DNA of 64,000 nt, from the NCBI GenBank assembly GCA_050633305.1, contig JBOEGF010000009.1, forward strand, positions 30,314-94,313, read 5' to 3'. The notes under the pieces were generated by a model. That model was not told the origin of the DNA, made no database searches, and saw nothing but the letters and a program-made list of their open reading frames with translations. A program made the position numbers and the translations under genes. This document shows positions 8,085 to 17,277 of this stretch, piece after piece; position 1 is the stretch's first letter; every line of letters begins with the position of its first letter. This stretch comes from Nannocystales bacterium (GTDB taxonomy: Bacteria; Myxococcota_A; Polyangia; Nannocystales; Nannocystaceae).

Positions 8085-9795
8085 GTGTCGACGAATGCAC
8101 CGCATGACGCGCTGTTCAAGAGCGTCTTTCAGCAGAGAGCATGCGGCTGCAGAACTCCAGCATGGATTGCCTGCGGAGATGGTGGCGGCGATCGACTGGC
8201 GAACACTGGCGCTCGAACCGGGGAGTTTCGTGGACGAGGAGCTGGCGGGACAGCACACGGACCTGCTGTTCTCGGCCCAGGCGGGCGAGCGCGTGCTGGT
8301 GTACGTGCTGTTCGAGCATCAGTCCACATTGGACACCTCCATGCCGCTCCGGCTGCTGCGCTACATGGTCCGGAGCTGGACTCGGCACCTCGAGAGTCGA
8401 CCGACACGGTCCCTGCCGCTCATCGTTCCTGCTCTGCTTGCCCAGGTTCTCGGGGGCTGGACAGCACCCCCGCGTTTCTCGGCGATGTCTAGCGCGCAGG
8501 CGCAGGAGCTGGGCAAAGCCGTCCTGCCGGAATTCGCATACGCGGTCGACGACCTCCATCACACCACCGATGAGGGGCTCCGCTCGCGAGCGCTCGGGGT
8601 CGAGGCGACTGCAGCGCTGTGGGCGATGAGCGACGCCCGCGACCGCGCCGCTCTGCTGGGCCACGTCGGCGGCTGGGCCGACCTGCTCGAGGCGTTGGCC
8701 CGCAGCACCGGCGGTCAGGACGCGCTCGCGTCTCTCTTGCGGTACATCGCCTCGACATCAGGCGACCTGCAACTCGCAGAGCTTCGTGACATCGTCGGTG
8801 TGCGGGCACCGACCGCAGAGGCCATCTCCATGACCATCGCCGAAATCCTCCAATCCCAGTACTTCGCGAAGAGAAGAGCCGAAGAACAGGCGGAGGCTCT
8901 CGCGGCGATGAGAGAGATGCTCTTCGTGCTTCTGGCGGCGCGCGACGTGCCGGTCGATGAGGTTGGGCGGGCGCGAGTCTTGGCGTGCAACTGCGTGGAG
9001 ACGCTGAAGGCGTGGCACGACCGTGCGACGAGGGCTGCGCGGCTCGAGGACGTGTTCGCGGAGGAGGGCGGGGGCTGGTGTGCTGCTTTGGTGAGCGGGG
9101 ACGCTGAGCGGGTTGAGACTCCGGAGGATGTGTGTGCGGCGGGGCAGGCCTCGGGTGTCAGGTGGTCGATTCTGGAGGTTAGCCGTGCTCGGCGGCGGTG
9201 GCTGACGCTGGAGGTTCGAGACAGGCTTGCCCATTGCGATCGGCTGAAGACCCTGGAGCACTGGCTGGCCCGGGCGGCGGACGCGCCGATCGTGGAAGAT
9301 ATCTTTGAACTCGACGCGTTCGCATCCGGGACGACGCTGGAGGAGATGCTCGAAGAGAGCTTGATCGAGCGGCAGATGTGGGAAGCGTATTCCGGGGAGC
9401 TGGAGGGGTACGCGGATGCGGTCTGCACGGTGCTGAAGGCGACGGGGCTGGAGGTTGACGCGGATACGCGCGAGCGAGTCCGGCGATGCAGGTTGCGGCC
9501 GCAGCTCATGCTTTGGATTCGGAAGGCGGCGACGGCGACGAGTGTGGCTGAGGTGTTTGAGCGGGGTTGGTGGGCTGGGGCGCGTGTGCTCGTGTGCGGA
9601 GGAGTCGGTGGGTGTTGGCGGCTTCTTCTTGAGTCTTCGGCCGGCTGGACGGAACTCTGGTCCCAAGGGGCGCCGTTCTCCCCCGCCGGGTGCATGGGGC
9701 CGCGCGGGTCATCGAGTAAATCGATTGGTGGCCGAACCAGCGCGGGGTCGGTCGCGGGACCTCATGTCGGCTGCAATAGAATCACGATTTACTAG
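8085..9795 (+). pseudogene. Second Rpn family gene, frameshifted near the 5' end; C-terminal frame carries three RpnS-like domains
   Basis: MSTNAPHDALFKSVFQQ, then a 2-nt deletion after 8135 relative to copy 1; the rest lies in the 8002..9795 frame; MTIAE at 8830; copy-1 TAG corresponds to GAG here. Confidence 0.8.
9715..9793. repeat. 9-bp perfect inverted repeat (AGTAAATCG ... CGATTTACT) enclosing a TAGAAT -10-like hexamer
   Basis: Arms at 9715-9723 and 9785-9793; TAGAAT at 9777-9782. Confidence 0.6.
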
Positions 9796-9876
9796 GCAGA
9801 GTGTGACTCCCTGGCTTCCGGGGACAGGTCGATTTCGGTTTTAGCCCGCGAGCGCCCGTGGCAGGGTAGGAGCGCG

Positions 9877-10884
9877 ATGCAGCTCGCGCTCTTCAGAACT
9901 CCGCCCCCCAAAGCGTCGACGAACGTCGGCCTCGGTAAGGGGGGACCTTCGGTCTCGAAGAGAGGGCTCGAGGTTCGGCTCCAGGGGAGGGCTGATGCGC
10001 CGACGATCGTCAGTGCCCCGCGGCTGTCGTTTCTCAAGCCGGCCCCGCTTAGCTTGGAGAAGGAGGGCAGGGCGGAGGTCGAGGCGAAGGCTGTCGGGCT
10101 CGACCGCCTCGTCGCCGAGCCCGTCGCCGAGCTCGACAGGGCTGTTGTCGAACTCGAGGTCGACGCGAGGGCAGGGGAGTCCTCCAAAGAAGCCTCGGCC
10201 GAACTCGCGCCGCATCCGACTCGCGGGAAGCTGCTGCCGCCCGAGGTCCTCACTGAGATCGAGATTCGGGCGCTCATCGGGGCGTGCTCGGCCCGTGGGA
10301 TCACCGGGCACCGGAACCGGGCGTTGCTTGCGATCCTCTGGCGCACCGGGGGTCGGATCTCGGAGGCGCTTGAGCTTCGGCCGCACGACGCCGATTTCAA
10401 GAACGGGACAGTTCGTGAGCGACTCGGGAAGGGGCTCAAGTCGCGGACGACGGTGCTCTCGGACCTCGATGCGCTGCTGCTCGTCGAGCGCTGGCTCGAG
10501 GAGCGCGAGAAGCTGCAGGCGGTAGGAGAGGGGGCTCCGCAGTTCTGCACGTTGAAGGGAACGGCTACCGACCCGAGCTACACCCGGCATCTGCTGCCGC
10601 GTTTGGCCAAGCGGACCGGCCTGGAGAGGCGCGTACATCCGGACGGGCTGCGGCACACGCACGCGGCCGACCTCGCGCACGCGGGCGTGCCCGTGCTGGC
10701 GATCCAGCAGCAGCTCGGGCACCACTCGCTCACCACAACGGCCAACTACCTCCGCAAGGTCGGTGTGCGACTCGACCTGGCGAGGATGATCCGCGCCGAA
10801 TCGGCCCCCCCAGACGTGAACATGTCATTCAACCGCGGATGTTCCCCACCGACCCACCGAGTGGGACACCGCCGTTTGGACTAG
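9877..10884 (+). CDS. Tyrosine recombinase/integrase (catalytic domain with low-complexity N-terminus)
   Basis: RNRALL...TGGRISE, GKGLKSR, HPDGLRHTHA, LGH and ANY motifs; AGGAG RBS. Confidence 0.85.
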   Translation: MQLALFRTPPPKASTNVGLGKGGPSVSKRGLEVRLQGRADAPTIVSAPRLSFLKPAPLSLEKEGRAEVEAKAVGLDRLVAEPVAELDRAVVELEVDARAGESSKEASAELAPHPTRGKLLPPEVLTEIEIRALIGACSARGITGHRNRALLAILWRTGGRISEALELRPHDADFKNGTVRERLGKGLKSRTTVLSDLDALLLVERWLEEREKLQAVGEGAPQFCTLKGTATDPSYTRHLLPRLAKRTGLERRVHPDGLRHTHAADLAHAGVPVLAIQQQLGHHSLTTTANYLRKVGVRLDLARMIRAESAPPDVNMSFNRGCSPPTHRVGHRRLD

Positions 10885-10978
10885 GAGACCGCCGCGGCTG
10901 AGGACAGGGCTTCCCGTACGGTTCACAGAGAACCAGACCCCCCTAGACCGTGGGTCGTCAGGTGCTGCCCGTGCTGCG

Positions 10979-13372
10979 TCAGCTGGTGGACGCTCTTAGC
11001 TTCGGGCGAGCATATCGATCGCTACTCGCTTGAGCCGAGCTGGCCTCGTACTCCGCGGCGGCAAGCTGGATATCGACGCGCCCTTCCCGGGTGATCAACC
11101 CGTTCCGGATCATCGTCCTGATCGCGTTTCGAACCCCCGTGTCGATCTTCCCGTTGCGGCGGAGCCGGGAGAACCGAAGCCCCAGGATGTCGCGGGCCCA
11201 TTCTGCGGCTAGGCGGACGGCGGCTTCTCGGGGGATTGGTTCTTCGTCAGGGAGGGCGTGGGAGAGGCATACTTCCCAGATTTTTCGGGAATATTGGTCG
11301 GGGGAGTCCAGGATGGCTCGGACGTAGCCTCGTTTGGGGCGGTCGAAGAGGTCTTCGCGGACGCCGACTTCGATGGCGTTGAGGATTTCTTGGTAGAGGC
11401 GGCCGGCGGCGGCGAGGCGGCCGTATTGGACGTGCCCGGCGCCGCGGAGACGTTTGGCGGCTAGGCGGACGGCTTTGTCTTTGGTGAGGGGGCCGTCGCC
11501 GATGAGTTGGCGCCAGACGTAGTCGGCTTGCTCGTCAGCGGCCTTGAGTTCGAAGAAGTCGACGGCGGGTTCTTGGTCGTCGAGCCCTTGCGCATCGAGG
11601 TCGTTGAGCTCTTCGGCAACGGCGCTCTTGCGCAGGGTGGCGCTGCCTTCGTCGTCGGTGGACTCGGTGTCGGGAGTATCGGGCTCTTTGGCGGTGTCGG
11701 TCTCTTCGGCCGAGGCGTCGGCGCGAGAGAAGCGAGGGGGGGATTCGTGTTGGACGACGAGGATGGGGCGGCCAACGGGGTCGTGGAACTTGTCGAGGGT
11801 GATGATGACGCCGAGGGCGAGCGTAGGGAGGGAGTCGAGTTGGCGGCTGAGCTCGGCGCAGGCTTTGTCGGCGAGGGAAGTGGGAACGCTGAGGATGATG
11901 GCGGTGGCGCCTACGCCGAGGGCTTCGGAGATTCGGTTGCCGAGGTTCTTGGCGTCATCGACGTGTTTGGAGCGGATTGCCGCGCTGGGGAGGGCGAGGC
12001 CGCCTTCCAGGGCTCGCGAGACGGCGATGTTGGGGAGTTCGTCGCTCTTGGAGATGTTGGCGAGCTCGGTGTCGAGGCGAAGGCGCAGGCTGCTGGTGAG
12101 GAGAAACTCGTCGCGTGGGGTGACGTCGAAACCGTAGGCGCTGGCGTTGTCGAAGGCCTGCAGGAGTTTGGCCTGCAGCGGGGCCTCGCAGACGCCAGCG
12201 ACGGTTTGGACATGCCAGCGATCTTGGGCGTTGCGGGAGATGGTGACGACCACGGTCTCGAGCGACAGGTTAATGCGGGCAGTGACGGCGTCGAGTACGG
12301 CGTCGTCGGAGTCGTCGGAGTGAACGAGGGCGAGCAGGTGAGGGCGGCGGCGGAGGGCTTCGCCGACACGGTTGCGGTAGTTCTTGGCGCCCGCGAGGTA
12401 CTTGATGCCGACGGATTTGGGGGCAACCTCGACGGTGCGGGCGAAGAAGTCCTTGAGCTCGTTGAAGCGGCTGGGGCTCCTTGAACTTAGCGCTACGCGC
12501 GAGAGGATGTCGCTCATCTCTCCGTTCGCTTTGCTGACGGTCCGCTCGGGCTTGGGCGAGGCGGCGACGGCTTCGAGGGCGGCGGCGTCGAGTTTCAGCT
12601 CTCGGTCGGCGCAGATCGAGACAGCGGCATCGCCCGCCAGGCGGCGCATGACGCAGACGAGTTCGTCGGAGCTCAGGCCTTCGAACGAGACGATTGAAGA
12701 GAGGCGGAGGAACCGCTTCATGACGTCGCGCATGAGGTCGGTTCGGCTGAATGGGACGCCCTGTCCGTGAATGTGGATCACCGCGCGGGCGAGGGATACG
12801 GCGACGCGTCGGTTGACGACCGCGTTGACGCGGCGGGAGAAACCGACGGTTTCGTCGACGCCGAGCTCAAAAAGGAGGTCGTAGGGGTCGCCGGGAGATT
12901 CCTTGTCTTTGAGTACTTCGGCCGCCCACCAGCAGCGACCCAAGGCGTTGTTGATCCCGCGGTCGCGGCCGAGGAAGTTGGCTTCGCTGGTGCGGTCGCC
13001 CGGGAACCGCCAGCGCACGACGTCGGGGAGGAGCAGACAGCCCATGAAGCTCCACACTTCGTCGCGGCAGGCTTCGGTCGGGTCGAGGCCGGAGGTTTCG
13101 TGCAGGAGCTTGCCGAGCTTGGCGTCGAAGTCGTCCGAAGCGGCGGCGCTGCGGCGCTCGGGGTAGCCGCAGGACACGGCGAGCTCGCGGACAGCGTCCG
13201 CGAGCTCGCCGAGGGAATCGGTGTCGACACGCGCCCCTCCGGTGGCCGCGAACGAGAGTGCCGGATGCTCGACCGTGGCCGCGTCGGCGGCCTTGAGGAC
13301 GGACATGACTGCGCGTTCCTGCGCCAGAGCAACGGCGGCGGCTCGCGGCAGTCTCGGGAAGAGGAGGATCAT
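10979..13372 (-). CDS. DUF6339-like protein with extra duplicated central and winged-helix-like C-terminal domains (797 aa)
   Basis: ATG at 13372 overlaps the upstream TGA; VWSF..LLLPDVVRWRF..NALGRCWWAAE motif. Confidence 0.7.
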   Translation of the reverse strand: MILLFPRLPRAAAVALAQERAVMSVLKAADAATVEHPALSFAATGGARVDTDSLGELADAVRELAVSCGYPERRSAAASDDFDAKLGKLLHETSGLDPTEACRDEVWSFMGCLLLPDVVRWRFPGDRTSEANFLGRDRGINNALGRCWWAAEVLKDKESPGDPYDLLFELGVDETVGFSRRVNAVVNRRVAVSLARAVIHIHGQGVPFSRTDLMRDVMKRFLRLSSIVSFEGLSSDELVCVMRRLAGDAAVSICADRELKLDAAALEAVAASPKPERTVSKANGEMSDILSRVALSSRSPSRFNELKDFFARTVEVAPKSVGIKYLAGAKNYRNRVGEALRRRPHLLALVHSDDSDDAVLDAVTARINLSLETVVVTISRNAQDRWHVQTVAGVCEAPLQAKLLQAFDNASAYGFDVTPRDEFLLTSSLRLRLDTELANISKSDELPNIAVSRALEGGLALPSAAIRSKHVDDAKNLGNRISEALGVGATAIILSVPTSLADKACAELSRQLDSLPTLALGVIITLDKFHDPVGRPILVVQHESPPRFSRADASAEETDTAKEPDTPDTESTDDEGSATLRKSAVAEELNDLDAQGLDDQEPAVDFFELKAADEQADYVWRQLIGDGPLTKDKAVRLAAKRLRGAGHVQYGRLAAAGRLYQEILNAIEVGVREDLFDRPKRGYVRAILDSPDQYSRKIWEVCLSHALPDEEPIPREAAVRLAAEWARDILGLRFSRLRRNGKIDTGVRNAIRTMIRNGLITREGRVDIQLAAAEYEASSAQASSDRYARPKLRASTS

Positions 13373-14265
13373 CGCTGCCGGTACGCTTCCAGGCTCGCTT
13401 GGAGCGACGTTTCGAAAATGGAGGGGGAAGTCGCTGCGAGGGCCCTGAGGCTCTCGCGTGGGAAGTGGACCACGAACATGCGGCGGATCGTCGCGCCGAG
13501 CGTTCCGTCGCCGAATGCGTTGGGGTTGGCCATGAATACGTCGTTGGCTAAGGCTCCGGTCATGAGCTGGCGGGCGACGTCGAGGCGCAGCGCGTCCCAC
13601 AGGACGAGGGCTTCGGCGGAGGGCGGGCGTTCTCGCAGGAGGGCAGCAACGCGTTCGTGTCGTTGGTTGACGAGCACACGGACGGCTCCGAGCGTCGAGC
13701 AGTCGAGGTCGTTGGGGTCCCAGTCGAGGGCCCAGGCCGCCGCCGATTTGTAGACGGCACTCTCGAAGTCTGCCCACTCCGTCGGGAAGCGCGACTCGTC
13801 GCCCTCAAGCTGAAGGGGTTGCCGGCTCTCCCAGAGGACCGACCCGGTGAGGCGCGCGGAGGTCGGCGAGCTGGCATCGGCGCGCGAGACGAGGAGCAAG
13901 CGCGTCTCCAGGATGAGCGAGTTCGCGAGGTTGGCTCCCTTGGCGAACACCTTGAGGATGGCCTCGACACTCTCTTCCTTCTCGGTCAGGCGAAGGTCGT
14001 GTTGGTCCGAGATCTCGCGCGTCCGCGTTTGCGGGCAGAGCCACCCGGCGGTAAGGCGCACGGTGCTCCCATTGGCGAGGCCGGTCTCCGCCATGAGCTG
14101 GGGGAGGTCAACCCTGACGACGCGGCCGACGTTGATGTCCGAGGCGGGGTCCCAGCCTGGGAGCGCGGCCTGGACGGGCTCCGTCTTCGTGGCGGCTGAG
14201 GTCTTCCAAGGCGACGGCGTCACGGACATGCGCGCGCTGGCGAAAGGGGGGCTAGCGACCTTCAC
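13369..14265 (-). CDS. Conserved hypothetical protein of the Z1/GHKL operon
   Basis: 298-aa ORF overlapping both neighbours; LEGDESRFPTEW motif; alternative ATG at 14229. Confidence 0.75.
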   Translation of the reverse strand: MKVASPPFASARMSVTPSPWKTSAATKTEPVQAALPGWDPASDINVGRVVRVDLPQLMAETGLANGSTVRLTAGWLCPQTRTREISDQHDLRLTEKEESVEAILKVFAKGANLANSLILETRLLLVSRADASSPTSARLTGSVLWESRQPLQLEGDESRFPTEWADFESAVYKSAAAWALDWDPNDLDCSTLGAVRVLVNQRHERVAALLRERPPSAEALVLWDALRLDVARQLMTGALANDVFMANPNAFGDGTLGATIRRMFVVHFPRESLRALAATSPSIFETSLQASLEAYRQR

Positions 14266-16279
14266 CTTCGAGTCCCTCCGCGGTCAGGTCGAGGCCTACG
14301 AGGGCGTCGGCGGCACCGCCTACCCAGACCGTCCACACACCTTCTTCGTCGGCGGCGACGTCGACACTACTGGTCCTTCCGCGGGGGCGCCCGGCGGGAT
14401 CTCGCCAGTTTGCGATCTCTGGAGGCTCGGCGCCAACGGGCGGGTCGCTCTCTTCGGCACCGCCGCTAATGATCGGAAAGGCGCGGGCGGTGAGTCTCGT
14501 GCCGGCGGTGTTTCGCCCGTGCTGGATCTGCGCGCCGAAGACTCGGTAGACGCGGTCGTCTTCGACGACGAGTTCGACGGCAGTGCTCAGCTCCACTTTC
14601 GGTCGGCCGAGCGTGGCTCCGCGTTTGCGCTTCTTTCTGGTGGTGGGCGAGTCGCCGGTCAACGTCCCTTTCTCCCCGGGTTCGGCTTCTCCACCTCCGC
14701 CGCCGAGACTGTCGCCGGCTAGGCCGCCGCCGGTCGCCGGAAGAGGCTCCCAGATTCCGTGCTGTGCGGGGCCTTCCGCGCCGACGAGCAATCGCCCGAG
14801 GTGGGAGGCGAGAGCCGCGAGGGGTTGGTCTTCGATCGTGTCGTGCGAGGTGTCGGCTGGGGCGACGAGTTCGTTCATCGCCTTGTCGAGGCGCTTGAAG
14901 GTGGTCCGAATGAAGGTTCGCTCGCGCGCGACGGCGAGGTTCTCGGGGCGCCACTCGTCGTGGGTAGGTGGCTCGGAGGCGGCGTAGGTCCGATCCATTT
15001 CGTCATCGGCGAAGAAGACGCCGACGTACTCCACGTGGTCGTTGGGGAGCGGCGGGCCTGGGTGGTAGGTGACGACGAGCTCGGCGCGGCGCAGGAGGGC
15101 GACGTGGTGGCAGCGTTCAAGGAAGGCGGGGAGCTCTTCGTCATCGCCGTAGTCGGCGTCGGGGCGTTCGCGGCGGGGGATCCTTGTCAGCCGGCATAGG
15201 CCGAGATGTCTCTTGGGGCGCAAGCAGGCGACCGGAATGACGTCGTGGACGCCGGTGGGCGCCTCGCTACCCTCCGCCTTGCGCACCGACTGCAGGACCT
15301 GCGCGAACTCGTCGAAGGGCGGCGACTCCTCTGGACGCGGCACCGGAAACGGCTCTTCCTCCAGCCAGGCCTCGAAATGCATCTGGGGGGTCTTCGCTCC
15401 CGGCCACGCGACCATCTTGGGCCAGAAGTTCCAGAGCATTTGGGCCGTCATGTAGGCCATCGCCTGCTCGGTCGAGCGCTCGCCGTAGCGCGGGGCGAGC
15501 AGCATGATGGTGGTGCCCCGCTCGTCGTCCTCGAACTCGGGCATGCCAAGCTCTGCGGCGATGCGGTCGGCTCGGGATCCCGTGACGGGATCGACGATGT
15601 CGTCTTCGCCGAGTTTTCCCCACCAGTGGCGACCCGTGTAGCCGGCTTCGCCGGTTCGGTAGTGGTCGGTCAAGCTTGAGACGATAAAACGCGACTCGAC
15701 CTTGCGGCCGCTTCGGCAGCGCGTGTGGACGAGGATCGTGCTTACGCCGCTTGAGAGGTAGAGGGCCGCCTTGCCGTAGCCGAAGGTGCCGCCTCCGCGG
15801 GATTTGTCGGGGGGTTGGCCGATATTGCGGAGGAAGTCGACGAAGTCGCGGGCTTCCTCTGCGTGTTCGAGACGGTTTGCTCTGGTTGGACCTCCGAGGC
15901 CGGTGGTGCCGCGGTCGTAGATCACCAGTGAACTGAGGCCGCTCGGTTTCTCCTCGTCGATATTGTTGCTCGCGTCGTCGATTAGGGTGCTCAGTCGGGC
16001 CTCGGGGCCGTCCTCGGGAATGGGTGGCAGCTCGGCGAAGACCGTGCTCGCAAGAAAATCGACTTGGGATTTGGAGAGCTCAAAGCTGGAGATGCCGAAC
16101 GTGACGCTCTCGGAGTCGTCGCGCTTCGCGTCCCAGGCGTTTTGCGCAGCCTCGCGGATGAGGACGGCCAGGCGATCGAGCCGCGGGCGGCCGAGCTGGT
16201 TGCGCATGCCTTCGGAGGCGATGTTGCCTGTAGCGCAAAAGCGCTCGGCCTGCATGTCGAGCGGTCGCGGTGGCATCAC
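14252..16279 (-). CDS. GHKL (MORC/MutL-like) ATPase
   Basis: REAAQNAWDA, IYDRGTTG, GGTFGYGK and GTTI match GHKL motifs I-IV. Confidence 0.8.
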   Translation of the reverse strand: MMPPRPLDMQAERFCATGNIASEGMRNQLGRPRLDRLAVLIREAAQNAWDAKRDDSESVTFGISSFELSKSQVDFLASTVFAELPPIPEDGPEARLSTLIDDASNNIDEEKPSGLSSLVIYDRGTTGLGGPTRANRLEHAEEARDFVDFLRNIGQPPDKSRGGGTFGYGKAALYLSSGVSTILVHTRCRSGRKVESRFIVSSLTDHYRTGEAGYTGRHWWGKLGEDDIVDPVTGSRADRIAAELGMPEFEDDERGTTIMLLAPRYGERSTEQAMAYMTAQMLWNFWPKMVAWPGAKTPQMHFEAWLEEEPFPVPRPEESPPFDEFAQVLQSVRKAEGSEAPTGVHDVIPVACLRPKRHLGLCRLTRIPRRERPDADYGDDEELPAFLERCHHVALLRRAELVVTYHPGPPLPNDHVEYVGVFFADDEMDRTYAASEPPTHDEWRPENLAVARERTFIRTTFKRLDKAMNELVAPADTSHDTIEDQPLAALASHLGRLLVGAEGPAQHGIWEPLPATGGGLAGDSLGGGGGEAEPGEKGTLTGDSPTTRKKRKRGATLGRPKVELSTAVELVVEDDRVYRVFGAQIQHGRNTAGTRLTARAFPIISGGAEESDPPVGAEPPEIANWRDPAGRPRGRTSSVDVAADEEGVWTVWVGGAADALVGLDLTAEGLEGEGR

Positions 16280-17277
16280 TTCCCTACGAACTTGCGCCGA
16301 AGGGAGGCGACGTCCTCTTCGGGCAAGGGCTGGACTCCGGAGGCGACGAGGTCGATGTCATAGCTGGCGCGACGGATGGCTGGCGAGGGCGGCTCCCGCA
16401 TTTGCGGTGGGGTTATCCGCGGGAAGCCGTCGGCGACCGGGTAGTACCACTCGTGGGTGACGGCGTAGCGGGTGCTCTCAAGCTGGGACTGGGTGATGTC
16501 ACCAATGCCCAGGAGGGAGAGCTTGTCGAGCACCGATTCTCGGTCTCCGCCAGCTTCAGCGATGTCGTCGACGAGACCGCCGAGCGTTTGGCCGGCTTTG
16601 TCGCTGGCGACAGCTTGAACGACCAGTAGGAGAAAATCGTGGGGGGCGTCGTCGAGCTGGCGCAGGCCGGAGATCGAGACTCCGAGCACGGGAACTCTGC
16701 CCGACGTCTTGATCTCAAGCGCGCCGTGCGGCGAAATGAAGTCCTGAGGCGCGCCCTTCGGGCCGACCCACCACTCCACGGCGGCGGGCTCGATCTTGCA
16801 GAGGTTGGCGAGCTGCGCGAGCTCGCCAAAAGCCCCTCGCAGTACCGAGTCTGAGACCGGCTTGTCGGCGGAGCGAAGCAAGTCGCGCCACTTTGAGAGG
16901 ACCTCCTCGCAGGTTCTTGCCGGCGGCTTGTTCTCGTCCGCCGCGACGGCTTCGAGCATCGACACGGCGATCTGGGTGAAGACGCGATAGAGGTTGCGCT
17001 TCGGGCAACGGACGTCAATGAACACTCTCTCCTCGCCGCGGTCGATGAGGCTCTTGCGCACGAGTTGCACGCCTTGGCTGCTGCGGTCGACCTTGATCTC
17101 CTCGTCGGGTGAGACGGGGATGAGGACGTGCCGCGTCCCGTCCGAGTCCGATGCGAGCAGTACGTCCCCGTGCGGCGTCTTGAACTCAGAGAGCGCTCGC
17201 GACAGACGGCCGTCCTTGGCGTCCACTTCACCCAGCAACTCCCAGGACTGCTCGACGAGTGGGCGGACCGCTCTCAT
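16276..17277 (-). CDS. PD-(D/E)XK motif protein (DUF4420-like)
   Basis: GAFGEL, W.GP...PQDF...LEIKT, ISGLRQLD and FPRI motifs; directly downstream of Z1. Confidence 0.85.
   Translation of the reverse strand: MRAVRPLVEQSWELLGEVDAKDGRLSRALSEFKTPHGDVLLASDSDGTRHVLIPVSPDEEIKVDRSSQGVQLVRKSLIDRGEERVFIDVRCPKRNLYRVFTQIAVSMLEAVAADENKPPARTCEEVLSKWRDLLRSADKPVSDSVLRGAFGELAQLANLCKIEPAAVEWWVGPKGAPQDFISPHGALEIKTSGRVPVLGVSISGLRQLDDAPHDFLLLVVQAVASDKAGQTLGGLVDDIAEAGGDRESVLDKLSLLGIGDITQSQLESTRYAVTHEWYYPVADGFPRITPPQMREPPSPAIRRASYDIDLVASGVQPLPEEDVASLRRKFVGK

Noticed and set aside
9700..10980. Integron integrase with attC cassettes
   Set aside because: No IntI-specific insertion recognised and no repeated attC-like hairpins
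13373..13777. N-terminal extension of the 932-aa ORF
   Set aside because: Overlaps the upstream gene in another frame and is Arg/Pro-rich; ATGA coupling supports a start at 13372
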